A stretch of DNA of 64,000 nucleotides from IMG/VR virus record IMGVR_UViG_3300008116_000018, one strand, 5' to 3'. The position numbers and the translations under genes are program-made. The first letter of the stretch is position 1, and every line of letters starts with the position of its first letter. This DNA comes from a virus. The notes under the pieces were generated by a model. It was not told where the DNA came from. It made no database searches and saw only the letters and a list, made by a program, of their open reading frames with translations. This document shows, one piece after another, positions 35,992 through 45,880 of the stretch.

Positions 35992-36419
35992 AATGTAATC
36001 AATTTCAATGTGTTTACCGGAACTTTATAGAAATATTCTCCATCTTTTACATACTTGTTTTTATTTTCTACAAGAGGACATTGTAACACAATTTCGGCTT
36101 TACAGCAAAACATTCTAGTCAAAATTTTATTTACGGAAAAGAAAAAAGTTGGCAATTCATTTTCAAGTAATTTCTTTTTTCTACTAGGAACATTTAATGT
36201 GTCAAAAGGAAAATTATCTTTATCCCAATTATTTCTAACTTCTACTTCTGCATATCCAACAACAGTATTGTTTTTTGTTAAAATTAAATCTACCCCATAT
36301 AAATCTGAATTGTCTATGGCATCTATATTTAATTTGGACTTGAAATAATTTTTTACTACAGTTCTGCCAACATCATCATACTTGTCGTATAGTGAAGGAT
36401 CAAATTTTTTATTAATCAT
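35988..36419 (-). CDS. AT-rich inserted gene, PD-(D/E)XK-like
   Basis: YGVDLIL...YAEVEVR; interrupts the usual g44-g62 adjacency. Confidence 0.6.
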   Translation of the reverse strand: MINKKFDPSLYDKYDDVGRTVVKNYFKSKLNIDAIDNSDLYGVDLILTKNNTVVGYAEVEVRNNWDKDNFPFDTLNVPSRKKKLLENELPTFFFSVNKILTRMFCCKAEIVLQCPLVENKNKYVKDGEYFYKVPVNTLKLITL

Positions 36420-37354
36420 TTGAATTCGCAGTCAACCATCACTTCTGTCAAGAAAGCGACAAAGTTAATTTCTTGGTCAACGACAAATGCAGACTTGTAT
36501 TGATAGTCGGCAAGCAATAGAACCATACGTGGAACAGAATCAGGCTTCAAGCATTCGTTGCTGTTATCAAAGATTCGTTTGAATAGTACATAAGGTTCAT
36601 TGTCTAGATTCTCTGCAACCCACTTACGCATACCCGTGAAGTCTTTTGCTTTTAATCTTTCGACTAATGACTTGAAATTGTCACTTGAGATATTTGCAAG
36701 AATTCCAGTATCGATCTTACCTGTAGCAGAGTAACGTTGCAGTTCATTGAGAACACGCCTCCAATCAGGAAAGTGTTTCATAATAAGTTCAGCAACAACC
36801 TTCTCTTCAAATTCTACATTTTCTTTTTGCAGAATGCCAGTCATACGTTTCATAAAACGACCAGCAAGTTTTGGCTTGTCTGATGCGTTTATCTTAAAAT
36901 GTACAACGGAGCACCTACTGTGGAGAGGGGCGATGATACGATTAAGAAAGTTGCAAGTAAGGATAAAACCACAATTAGCAGAAAACTCTTCCATGAAGTT
37001 TCGTAATGCGGGTTGAGTAGATTGCGGATTAAGGTAATCAGCCTCGTCAAGAATAACATATTTACGACCACCAGAGAATGATACGGTTGAGGCAAAGTTT
37101 TTAATTTCATTTCGCAAGGTATCGATGTTGCCATTCATCGATCCGTTAATAACAATATAAGTACATCCAAGTTCTTCAAGCATAGCCTTTGCGATAGTAG
37201 TTTTACCAACGCCAGGACCGCCCGTAAGAATTAGATTGGGAACGTTCTTTTGCTCAACGAATTGTTGGAACGTAGCCTTTAAGTCTGCTGGAAGAATTGT
37301 CTCTTCAACAGTTTTTGGTCGATACTTTTCGACCCACAAGAAATCTTGTAGCAT
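36416..37354 (-). CDS. g44: Clamp loader large subunit gp44
   Basis: WVEKYRP, GPGVGKT, DEAD and SRC. Confidence 0.95.
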   Translation of the reverse strand: MLQDFLWVEKYRPKTVEETILPADLKATFQQFVEQKNVPNLILTGGPGVGKTTIAKAMLEELGCTYIVINGSMNGNIDTLRNEIKNFASTVSFSGGRKYVILDEADYLNPQSTQPALRNFMEEFSANCGFILTCNFLNRIIAPLHSRCSVVHFKINASDKPKLAGRFMKRMTGILQKENVEFEEKVVAELIMKHFPDWRRVLNELQRYSATGKIDTGILANISSDNFKSLVERLKAKDFTGMRKWVAENLDNEPYVLFKRIFDNSNECLKPDSVPRMVLLLADYQYKSAFVVDQEINFVAFLTEVMVDCEFK

Positions 37355-37383
37355 GTGTTCACCTTATCATAACATAAAAATAT

Positions 37384-37412
37384 ATTCTAACACATTGCAT
37401 GTTAGAATGCAA
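37384..37412 (-). promoter_or_regulatory. Sigma70-type promoter overlapped by an inverted repeat
   Basis: TTGCAT-N17-TAGAAT; ATTCTAACA/TGTTAGAAT inverted repeat. Confidence 0.55.
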
Positions 37413-37420
37413 ACTGAGTG

Positions 37421-37681
37421 TTACTTAGCCACACTCTCATATAAAGTCTCAACATCATCTTGCTCTTGTTGAACTTCGGTGAAGTTTTGTTTGTGATAAA
37501 TCTTTGCAAGTTTGCGAGTGTACTTTTTAGGCAACTCAAATTTATCTTCCACAGTAGTGAGAATATCTTTAATCAAATCACGCTCGGCTTCAATTCGAGT
37601 GAGTGAGTTTGAAATTTCGACAAGTGCATCCAGAATCTTTTTACGGTCCTCTGGAGAGGACGGAACAATCACATTACTCAT
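37421..37681 (-). CDS. dsbA: T4 DsbA-like dsDNA-binding protein
   Basis: LIKDI...KLAKIYHKQN...VETLYESV parallels T4 DsbA; start at 37681. Confidence 0.7.
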   Translation of the reverse strand: MSNVIVPSSPEDRKKILDALVEISNSLTRIEAERDLIKDILTTVEDKFELPKKYTRKLAKIYHKQNFTEVQQEQDDVETLYESVAK

Positions 37682-37685
37682 AATA

Positions 37686-38357
37686 TTAACCTTCGTACTT
37701 AGAGCCAGCTTCAGTAGCAATCCAATATTCAATTGGGTCTGTCGCATGTTTGAAATGCGAAATACCTTTAGATGAAATCGATACATCATATGTACCAGCA
37801 ACCATCTTAAGATTTTCTGTATTGAAAATTAATTTAAAGGTTGCACTAGTCTCACCGACTTTGATTGAGAAATTATCTGAATCTGCATTCTTAACGTCAA
37901 GTGCAGAGATAGAGATTTCACTGCCATCACCAACAACCGCAATGTTTGGAAGACCCAAGATGCCAGACAATTTCAATACTTGATTCATATCGTCTTTTGT
38001 CAGACGAAAATTCACTTCGGCATTGTCGATCTTAATTTCTTTTGCAGGCGGTGCGACAATCATAGACTCATCGGCAAGTCCATAAGTTGTCTTGGACGTT
38101 CCAGACTTGATTGTGATATTATTGTTATCTGTATTGACAACAATCTCAGGGTCTGTCAAAGAACCACACAGAGACAAGAAACGATTCAAGTCATAGATGA
38201 CAAAATCTTTCTCAAAGTTTTCTGTTACTGTAGCTTTGCCGAGTACGTTCTGTCCTTTGGAGATAGTTCGCACGACAGAGCCTTCTTTAAATTGCATACC
38301 AGCATTAATGGTTGCAAAGTTTTTTAGAACATTGATTGTTGATTCACTTAATTTCAT
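37686..38357 (-). CDS. g45: Sliding clamp gp45
   Basis: MKLSESTINVLKNFATIN, IYDLNRFL and YWIATE. Confidence 0.93.
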   Translation of the reverse strand: MKLSESTINVLKNFATINAGMQFKEGSVVRTISKGQNVLGKATVTENFEKDFVIYDLNRFLSLCGSLTDPEIVVNTDNNNITIKSGTSKTTYGLADESMIVAPPAKEIKIDNAEVNFRLTKDDMNQVLKLSGILGLPNIAVVGDGSEISISALDVKNADSDNFSIKVGETSATFKLIFNTENLKMVAGTYDVSISSKGISHFKHATDPIEYWIATEAGSKYEG

Positions 38358-38631
38358 TTTGTTTTCCTTCATTCAAGTCATGTACGTGTAACATGATTAT
38401 AGCATAGTGTAAAATTTTTAGCAAGTCTTTACGATTCCGTCCATCCTTCTTGCCATACCTTTGTGCATATTTCAGCACATTCCCAATACAGAATCCTTCA
38501 CCGTGGCCACCATCGATGATGAATTCTGTTGCTTGAAATTTATCACGGGAATAATGTTGCCCGTATGTTGCATCAATATAAGACTTCAGTTCTTCCAAAG
38601 TCTTATCTTCATTATATCGATAGTCTATCAT
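38344..38631 (-). CDS. DUF3310-like protein
   Basis: HY...GFCIGNVLKYAQRYGKKDG...DLLKILHY. Confidence 0.75.
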   Translation of the reverse strand: MIDYRYNEDKTLEELKSYIDATYGQHYSRDKFQATEFIIDGGHGEGFCIGNVLKYAQRYGKKDGRNRKDLLKILHYAIIMLHVHDLNEGKQNEIK

Positions 38632-39488
38632 TTCAAATTTTCAGCCACAGTTCGTTGCATAACATCATTACCAGCAGTAGGTGACGCATTAATTGCCGCA
38701 AGTGCTTGTAAAGAACCACCAAAGATATAACTGCCAGCATGTTTCAAACGCATCCATGGAAGCAACCACACCTTACCACCAGCTTTACGCATCCACTGAC
38801 AGAACATATAATCTTCTGAGAGATAACGTTTTGTATCTGGACAAATAACGCAATCAAAGTAAGCCATGATTTCTCTGCTACCATCAAAGTTTGCAGTACG
38901 CAAATGATCTGGTTTATAGCTTTGCATTGGGAATGCTTTGTCATATTTTTGAAGTGCTTCACGGGTAATCAACATGAAACCTGTGCCGCTTTCTTTCACT
39001 TCAACTGGCTCATCGATTCGAAACTCAGTTACGCCATCTGCTGGATTGAAAACATAGTCACCAACAAACTCTTCCAATTGATTTGGATTCTTGTCTGCAT
39101 ATCCTTTGTCAACTGCGATTTTAATCTTCTCCCAAGAAATTGCTTTCTTTGGATATGGACCACAAACAACATCCATGTCATCACGGCTTGACGCAAAGTG
39201 CATCATCACTAAAACGTCTTGTGGCTCAAAGTGAATATCGCTATCAATAAAAATCATATGGTCATAACCACTACGAACAAACTCATCTGTCAAATAATTT
39301 CTAGCACGTTGCACTAGTGATTCGTTAAAGATGAAAAACAGTTTAGCCTCGATACCATATTTGGTACAGAGGATCATAAGGTCTGTAATTGCTTTAGTGT
39401 ATGCTCCGTGGCATTGTCCACCATACATTGGTGTTGCGACAAAAAGTTTCTTGGTTCTTAGTTTTTGGATATCAAGTTCAAATTGCAT
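38628..39488 (-). CDS. GT-A-fold glycosyltransferase-like protein
   Basis: LFVATPMYGG, ESLVQRARN, FIDSDI (DxD), GTGFMLI and LSEDYMFC. Confidence 0.7.
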   Translation of the reverse strand: MQFELDIQKLRTKKLFVATPMYGGQCHGAYTKAITDLMILCTKYGIEAKLFFIFNESLVQRARNYLTDEFVRSGYDHMIFIDSDIHFEPQDVLVMMHFASSRDDMDVVCGPYPKKAISWEKIKIAVDKGYADKNPNQLEEFVGDYVFNPADGVTEFRIDEPVEVKESGTGFMLITREALQKYDKAFPMQSYKPDHLRTANFDGSREIMAYFDCVICPDTKRYLSEDYMFCQWMRKAGGKVWLLPWMRLKHAGSYIFGGSLQALAAINASPTAGNDVMQRTVAENLK

Positions 39489-39520
39489 AATCTCTCCATG
39501 TTAATAAAAATTATCTCACT

Positions 39521-39558
39521 ATTATATATAAAAAAAGAGGCTACGTCAAGTAGCCTCT
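39521..39558 (-). terminator. Intrinsic terminator overlapping a sigma70 promoter
   Basis: AGAGGCTAC/GTAGCCTCT stem plus U-tract; TTGACG-N17-TATAAT starts in the loop. Confidence 0.75.
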
Positions 39559-39579
39559 AAGGCATTACTGCCAGGAGAT

Positions 39580-40767
39580 TTAGAACGGTACTTCATCAAC
39601 TGCTGGCGCAGGAGTCACTTCCGCAGTAGGGTCGATGCCAGCATCAATCTTGGTATACAAATCAAGGAATGATGTTTTGGTTTCTGCATCAAAGCGGTTG
39701 ATACAGTACTTGATTGCTTCCATCTTATCATTGAAGATAGTGTATGCTTCGGCAATGTGAGACAAACGGCGAGTGGAAATCAATTCATCGATAGCGCCTT
39801 CTTCGAAAGTCTTACGGATGATATCAGCCCACTTCACAAGATTTTCTGCAAATGCTTTGTCATCGATACCGAGACTGGTAAACAACTTAGTCAAAATCTT
39901 TGTTTCAACTTTAGTGTCAGGATATTCCTGTTCAACCGTAATTGGAAAACGCTCAAGGAACGCATCATCAAGAATCGTAGCGGCCATGTAGCGACCAGAC
40001 TCATCACCTTTACCTTTAGTATTGGCAGTAGCGATAACGTTGAAACCCGTAACTGGTTCAACAAATTCACCAGTCTTCTTAACGAACAAACCTTTGCCTT
40101 CAAGTACACCTTGCAAGCACATTAGTTTATTTGAACCACGATCAATTTCATCAAGAATCAAAACGGCACCAGACTTCATTGCTTGAACAACTGGACCATC
40201 AAACCACTTTGTCTCTCCGTCAATCAAACGGAAGCCACCAATCAAATCGTCTTCATCAGTCTCAGGTGAAATATTCACACGGAGACATTCCGTTTTCAAT
40301 TGGGCACAGGCTTGTTCGACCATGAAAGTCTTGCCGTTACCAGAGAGACCAGAAACGAATACTGGATAAAATTTCTTTGATGCAACAATGCGTTTCATGT
40401 TGTCAAAGAATCCAAAAGGAACATACAATGAATTCACTTTAGGAATAATTGCACCTTCTTGCATACGTGCAACGGAGGACATTTTTGCTACTGCCTTTGC
40501 AACAGGAGCCATGATAGGTTGTGTAATTGGCATAGCAGAAACTGGATCGGATTTGACTAGTGCAAGACCAGCCATGTTAACATTAAATTCTTGGAGGGGC
40601 AATTCGTATTTGCCACGACCACAACGGTACTGGTCGGCTTCGAGCCAGAAGTGGCGCTTGCTACCAAGTTCTTCAGAAAGTGTCACCAATTGCTGGCGGG
40701 TCACAACGGCACCGAAACGTTTAGCGGCTTCGGTAACGAATGTAGCCTTTTCACTTTGCGTAATCAT
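39580..40767 (-). CDS. CobS/MoxR-like AAA+ ATPase
   Basis: GLSGNGKT, LDEID, TANTKGKG and AFLERF. Confidence 0.9.
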   Translation of the reverse strand: MITQSEKATFVTEAAKRFGAVVTRQQLVTLSEELGSKRHFWLEADQYRCGRGKYELPLQEFNVNMAGLALVKSDPVSAMPITQPIMAPVAKAVAKMSSVARMQEGAIIPKVNSLYVPFGFFDNMKRIVASKKFYPVFVSGLSGNGKTFMVEQACAQLKTECLRVNISPETDEDDLIGGFRLIDGETKWFDGPVVQAMKSGAVLILDEIDRGSNKLMCLQGVLEGKGLFVKKTGEFVEPVTGFNVIATANTKGKGDESGRYMAATILDDAFLERFPITVEQEYPDTKVETKILTKLFTSLGIDDKAFAENLVKWADIIRKTFEEGAIDELISTRRLSHIAEAYTIFNDKMEAIKYCINRFDAETKTSFLDLYTKIDAGIDPTAEVTPAPAVDEVPF

Positions 40768-40809
40768 AATATAATTGCCTTTCAGTTAAAAATCAATTTC
40801 AATACTAGT

Positions 40810-40838
40810 AGTATAACAGAGTATTTATGGTAAGTCAA
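40810..40838 (-). promoter_or_regulatory. Sigma70-type (early) promoter
   Basis: TTGACT-N17-TATACT. Confidence 0.75.
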
Positions 40839-40869
40839 GGGATGTTTTGATTGTTGTTTTTATACAACA

Positions 40870-43062
40870 TCAAGCAATTTCCTTGATTACCTTAGAGAGA
40901 AGAACACGGTTTGTCAAACGGTTTTGGTTCATTTTCATAAATGCGCCTTTCAACTTACGTGCGGAAACATCTTTAGCTTCACCAAGAATGTCACTTAGCG
41001 AATCATCATCGGTAGACAAATCTTCACCACCAGGGATCAGGAAGTACTCAGAGTATCCATATCCATTGACAGAGAAAAACTTTTCATTACGAAATTGTTT
41101 GTATCCATCATCAGTCATTATCATATTGAAACGTGACATTGCATTTTGGAAGTAACGTCTGCTTTTTGGCAAGATATAGAATCCAATCAAATTGCAACCA
41201 GTACGATCCTTTAGAATTTGCAATAACGTTGGCGTTACACCTTTGTCACTCACACGATAATTCTTTGCGGAATCTTTGTCTTCAATATAAGATACTGAAC
41301 GATAGTCAGACGGTCCGATACGGGTTGAACGATTATCACCAGATGAAGTCCACATTGTACTGCTGTCTTCTCCGTCTGTTAAAAAGATAACATTCACAAT
41401 TTCAGACCGAGTACGTTTACGAAAATCATTCACTACATTAGATGCGACTTGAATTGTTGCATTCAATGGAGTACCACCAAGACCCATACCTTCTTTGATA
41501 TAACTTGATTTGTAATTTCTACGATAACTTGTGTAAGGCTTGTATGCATCGGCAACGTTCAACAAATCATTTGCAAATTTGCGATACGTTTGATTTTTCA
41601 TACTGCTAGACAAAATATTCATCAAAGAAAAATAGTCAATGTCTAATTGATTAGGTTCCATATCAATAGATTGATTTGGTCTGTCTATCAAATTCTTTCT
41701 ATACTCAGTACTGAATGCATAAACATCAAAAGGAATATTCACTTTGCGGCAGAAGGTTGTCATTGTAATCAACTGTTCGATTGTGCCAGACATATTGTCT
41801 ACCATAGAACCAGACCAGTCAATGAACATCACAATGCCGTGATTCTTACCTTGTGCAACTGCACCGATCTTGCGGAAGATATCATCATTGAATTTGTAAG
41901 TGTGCAATTTGTTGGTGTCAAGTGTACCAGTATCGGAGACTGTTACACGGCGCAACTCGGCCGCTTTCTTTTTCATTTCGAATTCTTTTACAAGATAAGC
42001 AATTGGATTCTTATTCTTGGCTTCAAATTTCATTAGCAAAGTAGAATCATAACGCTCATGCGCTTCCAATTCTTCATTATCAAAGAATGATTCATCAAAG
42101 AATTTCAACTCTTTAAAAGGAATAATATAATTCTTTAAATCGATTTTCTTTTGACTAGCAATCTTACCAACATTAATTTCTTTTGTTTCTGCAAGACCTT
42201 TTAATGCTTGCTGAAATTTTTCATCCGTTACAGATTTAACTTCATCACCATACACCTTTAATTCGTTAGGCATTGCCTGTTCGAATGTTGGCGTATTAGA
42301 ATAGCCATTGTCGAATTGATCTTCAGATTCGAAATCTTCATCACCGTCATCGGAGCCATTGGAATCATAATCATTTGGATTTTTGTCTTCATAGTCTTCA
42401 GTATCATCACCACCGAAAATATCATCACCAAAATCTTCATCATCGAATTCGCCATTCTCTTTGCGCTTTTCGAATTCTTCTTTAGCCTCTTGACGTTTTT
42501 GGTCTAACTCTGCTTTGCAAAATGCATACAAACGTTCGGTGATATCTTTCACTTGTTCAAACGAATCTGCTTTTTCAACTTCGTTGACGTATGACATTTC
42601 TTCGGCATTGAATTTGATACCTGCAATAGCACCAAGTTTAAAATGCAAATTGATTCTATCAATCAACATCATTGCATTTACATCTTGACCTTTGATGCCA
42701 AAGAAATCACGTTCAGTAAATTGACGATAAGCAATAGCCATTGGTTTACGCAAACCAGGATATCTGTCTTTCATTCTACGTTCGACCCTTGCATCTTCAA
42801 CCACATTCAGGAATGTAGAAAATGCAGAACCGCCAGCCTTTGCAGACTCAACGTATGATTGTGGTGTGTCTAATGCGTGACCCACTTCATGCCCGACCAA
42901 AAGGTCTGTCATTTCAGGTGTGGTGTCATTCATAATGGGAAGAGTAAGACGGCGATTAACGATATCGAATGATGCAGTTTGCACCTTGCGATACTCTACC
43001 GAAATATTCTCTGTAGCAAGTAACTTTGCTAGAGTGGATTTTGAAATTTGTGTATTAAGCAT
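40870..43062 (-). CDS. CobT-like VWA protein with N-terminal HExxH peptidase domain
   Basis: HEVGH, NVVED, acidic linker, MIDAS DWSGS, TPL and LTDG. Confidence 0.85.
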   Translation of the reverse strand: MLNTQISKSTLAKLLATENISVEYRKVQTASFDIVNRRLTLPIMNDTTPEMTDLLVGHEVGHALDTPQSYVESAKAGGSAFSTFLNVVEDARVERRMKDRYPGLRKPMAIAYRQFTERDFFGIKGQDVNAMMLIDRINLHFKLGAIAGIKFNAEEMSYVNEVEKADSFEQVKDITERLYAFCKAELDQKRQEAKEEFEKRKENGEFDDEDFGDDIFGGDDTEDYEDKNPNDYDSNGSDDGDEDFESEDQFDNGYSNTPTFEQAMPNELKVYGDEVKSVTDEKFQQALKGLAETKEINVGKIASQKKIDLKNYIIPFKELKFFDESFFDNEELEAHERYDSTLLMKFEAKNKNPIAYLVKEFEMKKKAAELRRVTVSDTGTLDTNKLHTYKFNDDIFRKIGAVAQGKNHGIVMFIDWSGSMVDNMSGTIEQLITMTTFCRKVNIPFDVYAFSTEYRKNLIDRPNQSIDMEPNQLDIDYFSLMNILSSSMKNQTYRKFANDLLNVADAYKPYTSYRRNYKSSYIKEGMGLGGTPLNATIQVASNVVNDFRKRTRSEIVNVIFLTDGEDSSTMWTSSGDNRSTRIGPSDYRSVSYIEDKDSAKNYRVSDKGVTPTLLQILKDRTGCNLIGFYILPKSRRYFQNAMSRFNMIMTDDGYKQFRNEKFFSVNGYGYSEYFLIPGGEDLSTDDDSLSDILGEAKDVSARKLKGAFMKMNQNRLTNRVLLSKVIKEIA

Positions 43063-43068
43063 GTATGT

Positions 43069-43097
43069 ATCTTAACTCAGTCTCGAATAAATGTCAA
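43069..43097 (-). promoter_or_regulatory. Sigma70-type promoter, possibly producing a leaderless mRNA
   Basis: TTGACA-N17-TAAGAT, with the ATG only 6 nt downstream of the -10. Confidence 0.65.
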
Positions 43098-43696
43098 GCG
43101 GTTTCTGCAACAGGTTGTTGTACCATGGCAACAGTCTTGGGACGGATGATAACTGTCTGTGGCACTTCAATGTCGTTTTGTTTATAGTAGCGGTGCATTT
43201 TTACTGTAGCGGTAATGGTTGCTGTTTCACCTTCGGCAGGGAAATCTGCATTGCCGCTGAATACAATTACATTGCCGTCGGCATCTTCACAGATACGGAG
43301 AAGACTAGTGCCAGAATCAGCCCAGTAAAATTTAGGGCGATCAACGACAATTGCTTTTTTAACTGTTAGAGTAACAGTAATCTTTTTCTTTTCGGTGCCA
43401 ACGAATGTACGGGTTGCGTTTTTCTCTGCCGCTTGTGCAATCCATTGTGCTTTACGTTCTGCCATGGTGGCAATTGATTTGCGTACAGCAAGGACTTGTT
43501 TTTCTGTTAACTTGCCGTAACTGTTTAACGAACCAAGAAGGTTTGCATAGAATGAATTCTTTTCAGAATTAGAAATGAGGAATTGAACGATATCGCCTGC
43601 ATCGGGATACGTTTTGTAAAACGTTTTGGTGGCATTGTTTATGATGTTCCGCTTGATAGCGGCTTCATATGCGGCAGGATGTTCAACGTATGACAT
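43094..43696 (-). CDS. Early hypothetical protein with OB-fold-like C-terminus
   Basis: GKLTEKQ motif, beta-rich C-terminus; AGAGGA SD. Confidence 0.7.
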   Translation of the reverse strand: MSYVEHPAAYEAAIKRNIINNATKTFYKTYPDAGDIVQFLISNSEKNSFYANLLGSLNSYGKLTEKQVLAVRKSIATMAERKAQWIAQAAEKNATRTFVGTEKKKITVTLTVKKAIVVDRPKFYWADSGTSLLRICEDADGNVIVFSGNADFPAEGETATITATVKMHRYYKQNDIEVPQTVIIRPKTVAMVQQPVAETA

Positions 43697-43727
43697 AAAT
43701 TCCTCTGTAATCTCAATCTATATATAG

Positions 43728-43755
43728 AGTATAGCATAGTAGGAATGAATGTCAA
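43728..43755 (-). promoter_or_regulatory. Sigma70-type (early) promoter
   Basis: TTGACA-N16-TATACT. Confidence 0.65.
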
Positions 43756-43853
43756 CGATTATTTGACGTACTGTTGCATCAAAACAACATATTTGTGCAA
43801 AATAAAGGGCTTTTCCTTAAAAACACAGCAAAAAACCCTTTAAAATCAACAAG

Positions 43854-45428
43854 TTACGGCTTGTAAAAAACAAAAATCGGTTCATACTTCAACCACATCC
43901 CGTTTACTTTGCAGAAATTCTTTGCTTTTGGCAAACCAGTGTCAGGGTCGATACGATTGCCGCCTGGCATTTGTGCTAGTGCCATCTTAACCACACCTTT
44001 GAATTGCATACCGAGTGATTCCAAAATGTCTTTGCTATCTTTTTCAAGTGGCAACATGTCAGCACCAAACTTAGCATCAGCAATATTCCAAAGTAAGTAT
44101 CTGTCATTACGCAAATACTCAACAGCAGTCTCTAGCGTTGGACGCAAGAAACCTTCACGCCATGCATCATAGCCAGTAAACTTTTTATATGATTGCGTTG
44201 GGTCTTCACTATACGCTTCCTTAGCAAAGTAAGGAGGGCTAGTGAACACCATATCTAATTCGCCCTTGTACTTTTGGAACGAACTATCATCTCGGACAAC
44301 TTCAGAACCAAGTTGAAAAACTTCGTAAGTGTTTGACTGTTCGAACAAAACTCCTTCGTTCTTTGCGGAGTTATAGAACTCAGCCAAGTCGGCATATTTA
44401 GTACTAGGACTGCCGCTATCGCTAACAATGCTGTGATCGGTATTAGGATCAGTACCCACATAGTGTAAAGGAAGAGAAGTGCGAGAAGCCATAGCACCCA
44501 AAATACGCCCACCCCAACCAGAAGAGGGATCGTAAACAACAATTCTGTCTTGGTTCTTAACGTGTCTAGTAAATTTTTCATAAAGAAGTTTTGCAGTCAA
44601 AGGTGGGAAGTTAACAGCATATTGGCACCACGATACACGAAATGCTTTCAAGCCAACAGGAAAAATCTTTTGTCCGTACTTGTACATACGCAGACGATAC
44701 TTCTTCTGGTCATGCGACTTTATGTTCATTGTAGACTTAGATGGAATTGTCTCTAGAATTTCTTGCGTCACTTCAAGATACTTTACGCCCTTGAGTTGTT
44801 CATTGTAACCACTATACTCTTCATCATCATCACGACTCTCTACCCAATAGTCATAACCATACTGACGAATGTTGTTCTCTTCAAACCAACGAACAAAATC
44901 ATCGCCATTCTTAAACTTCACATTATAAGAACCAACGTTGATAATCTCATTGACTTTAACAGTATTTGAATATGCATAGAACGAATCACGTTTGAAGTGT
45001 CGCTTAGAATACTTCAAAGTCTTCTCAAGCAATTCATCTTTCAGAAAGTGGTCATAGATTGAAAGCCCATCGTCATTCTTAGTGTAGTTGATACGTGTCT
45101 TCATCATGGTTGGAAACCATTGATTAGCGGCATTGCCAACTACGCTAGTGTTTCGAATTACATCTTTCTCACCAGTTAATTCGTCAACGTGTTCAAACTC
45201 ATGCACAGAGAATCCATACATCTCTTTGAATTGTTTTTTGATTGCATCTTCACTCCAACCAACTCTTGGTGGTTGACCCATAGTGTCCCATGAGTGTACA
45301 ACTGCTTTACGCAAATCAATAAACCATTGACGAAATTCGTCTTCAGTCATCCATTGCACTTCTTCAAATGTCTTGTTTGTTTCGTGGTTCAATAACCAAT
45401 CGTTACGTTCATAAAAATGTTTTGTCAT
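43854..45428 (-). CDS. Amino (N6A/N4C) methyltransferase-like protein
   Basis: Motif I YDPSSGWGGR and motif IV FTSPPYF; long unique N-terminal region; ATG at 45428 overlaps the deaminase stop. Confidence 0.8.
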   Translation of the reverse strand: MTKHFYERNDWLLNHETNKTFEEVQWMTEDEFRQWFIDLRKAVVHSWDTMGQPPRVGWSEDAIKKQFKEMYGFSVHEFEHVDELTGEKDVIRNTSVVGNAANQWFPTMMKTRINYTKNDDGLSIYDHFLKDELLEKTLKYSKRHFKRDSFYAYSNTVKVNEIINVGSYNVKFKNGDDFVRWFEENNIRQYGYDYWVESRDDDEEYSGYNEQLKGVKYLEVTQEILETIPSKSTMNIKSHDQKKYRLRMYKYGQKIFPVGLKAFRVSWCQYAVNFPPLTAKLLYEKFTRHVKNQDRIVVYDPSSGWGGRILGAMASRTSLPLHYVGTDPNTDHSIVSDSGSPSTKYADLAEFYNSAKNEGVLFEQSNTYEVFQLGSEVVRDDSSFQKYKGELDMVFTSPPYFAKEAYSEDPTQSYKKFTGYDAWREGFLRPTLETAVEYLRNDRYLLWNIADAKFGADMLPLEKDSKDILESLGMQFKGVVKMALAQMPGGNRIDPDTGLPKAKNFCKVNGMWLKYEPIFVFYKP

Positions 45429-45880
45429 GTTATCTGTTTTACTGTTATTCCACATTTATTTAGGAAATTGATTCCTGCATCATCACGATAATCTTCGGCA
45501 TAGAAGACTTCTTTAATACCTGTTTGAAATATCATTTTAGCACAGTCCATGCATGGAGCGCAAGTGATAAACATACTTGCACCATCACCACTCTCGGTAG
45601 ACTTAGCAAGTTTGGCAATTGCATTAGACTCGGCATGGAGAACTTCGGGTTTTGTTTTTAATTGTTTAATCTCTCTTTGTGGCACTCCGTCAACTACTGC
45701 AACCACTACTTCTTCTTCACAATTGTTATCCCATCCACTTGGCATACCATTGTAACCGATTGAAATGATTCTGTCATCTTTAACGACAACAGCACCAACT
45801 TGTTTGCGTCTAGCAGTACTCAATTCGGCAAAGACTCTTGCAGTCTTCATGTATGCGCCAAGATATTTTTCTTTAATCAT
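45425..45880 (-). CDS. cd: dCMP deaminase
   Basis: GYNG, HAESNAI and PCMDC zinc motifs. Confidence 0.92.
   Translation of the reverse strand: MIKEKYLGAYMKTARVFAELSTARRKQVGAVVVKDDRIISIGYNGMPSGWDNNCEEEVVVAVVDGVPQREIKQLKTKPEVLHAESNAIAKLAKSTESGDGASMFITCAPCMDCAKMIFQTGIKEVFYAEDYRDDAGINFLNKCGITVKQIT

Noticed and set aside
39580-43062. Cobalamin biosynthesis role for the CobS/CobT-like pair
   Set aside because: No CobN or other cob genes are present; MoxR AAA+/VWA pairs are common in T4-like phages and more likely act as chaperones.
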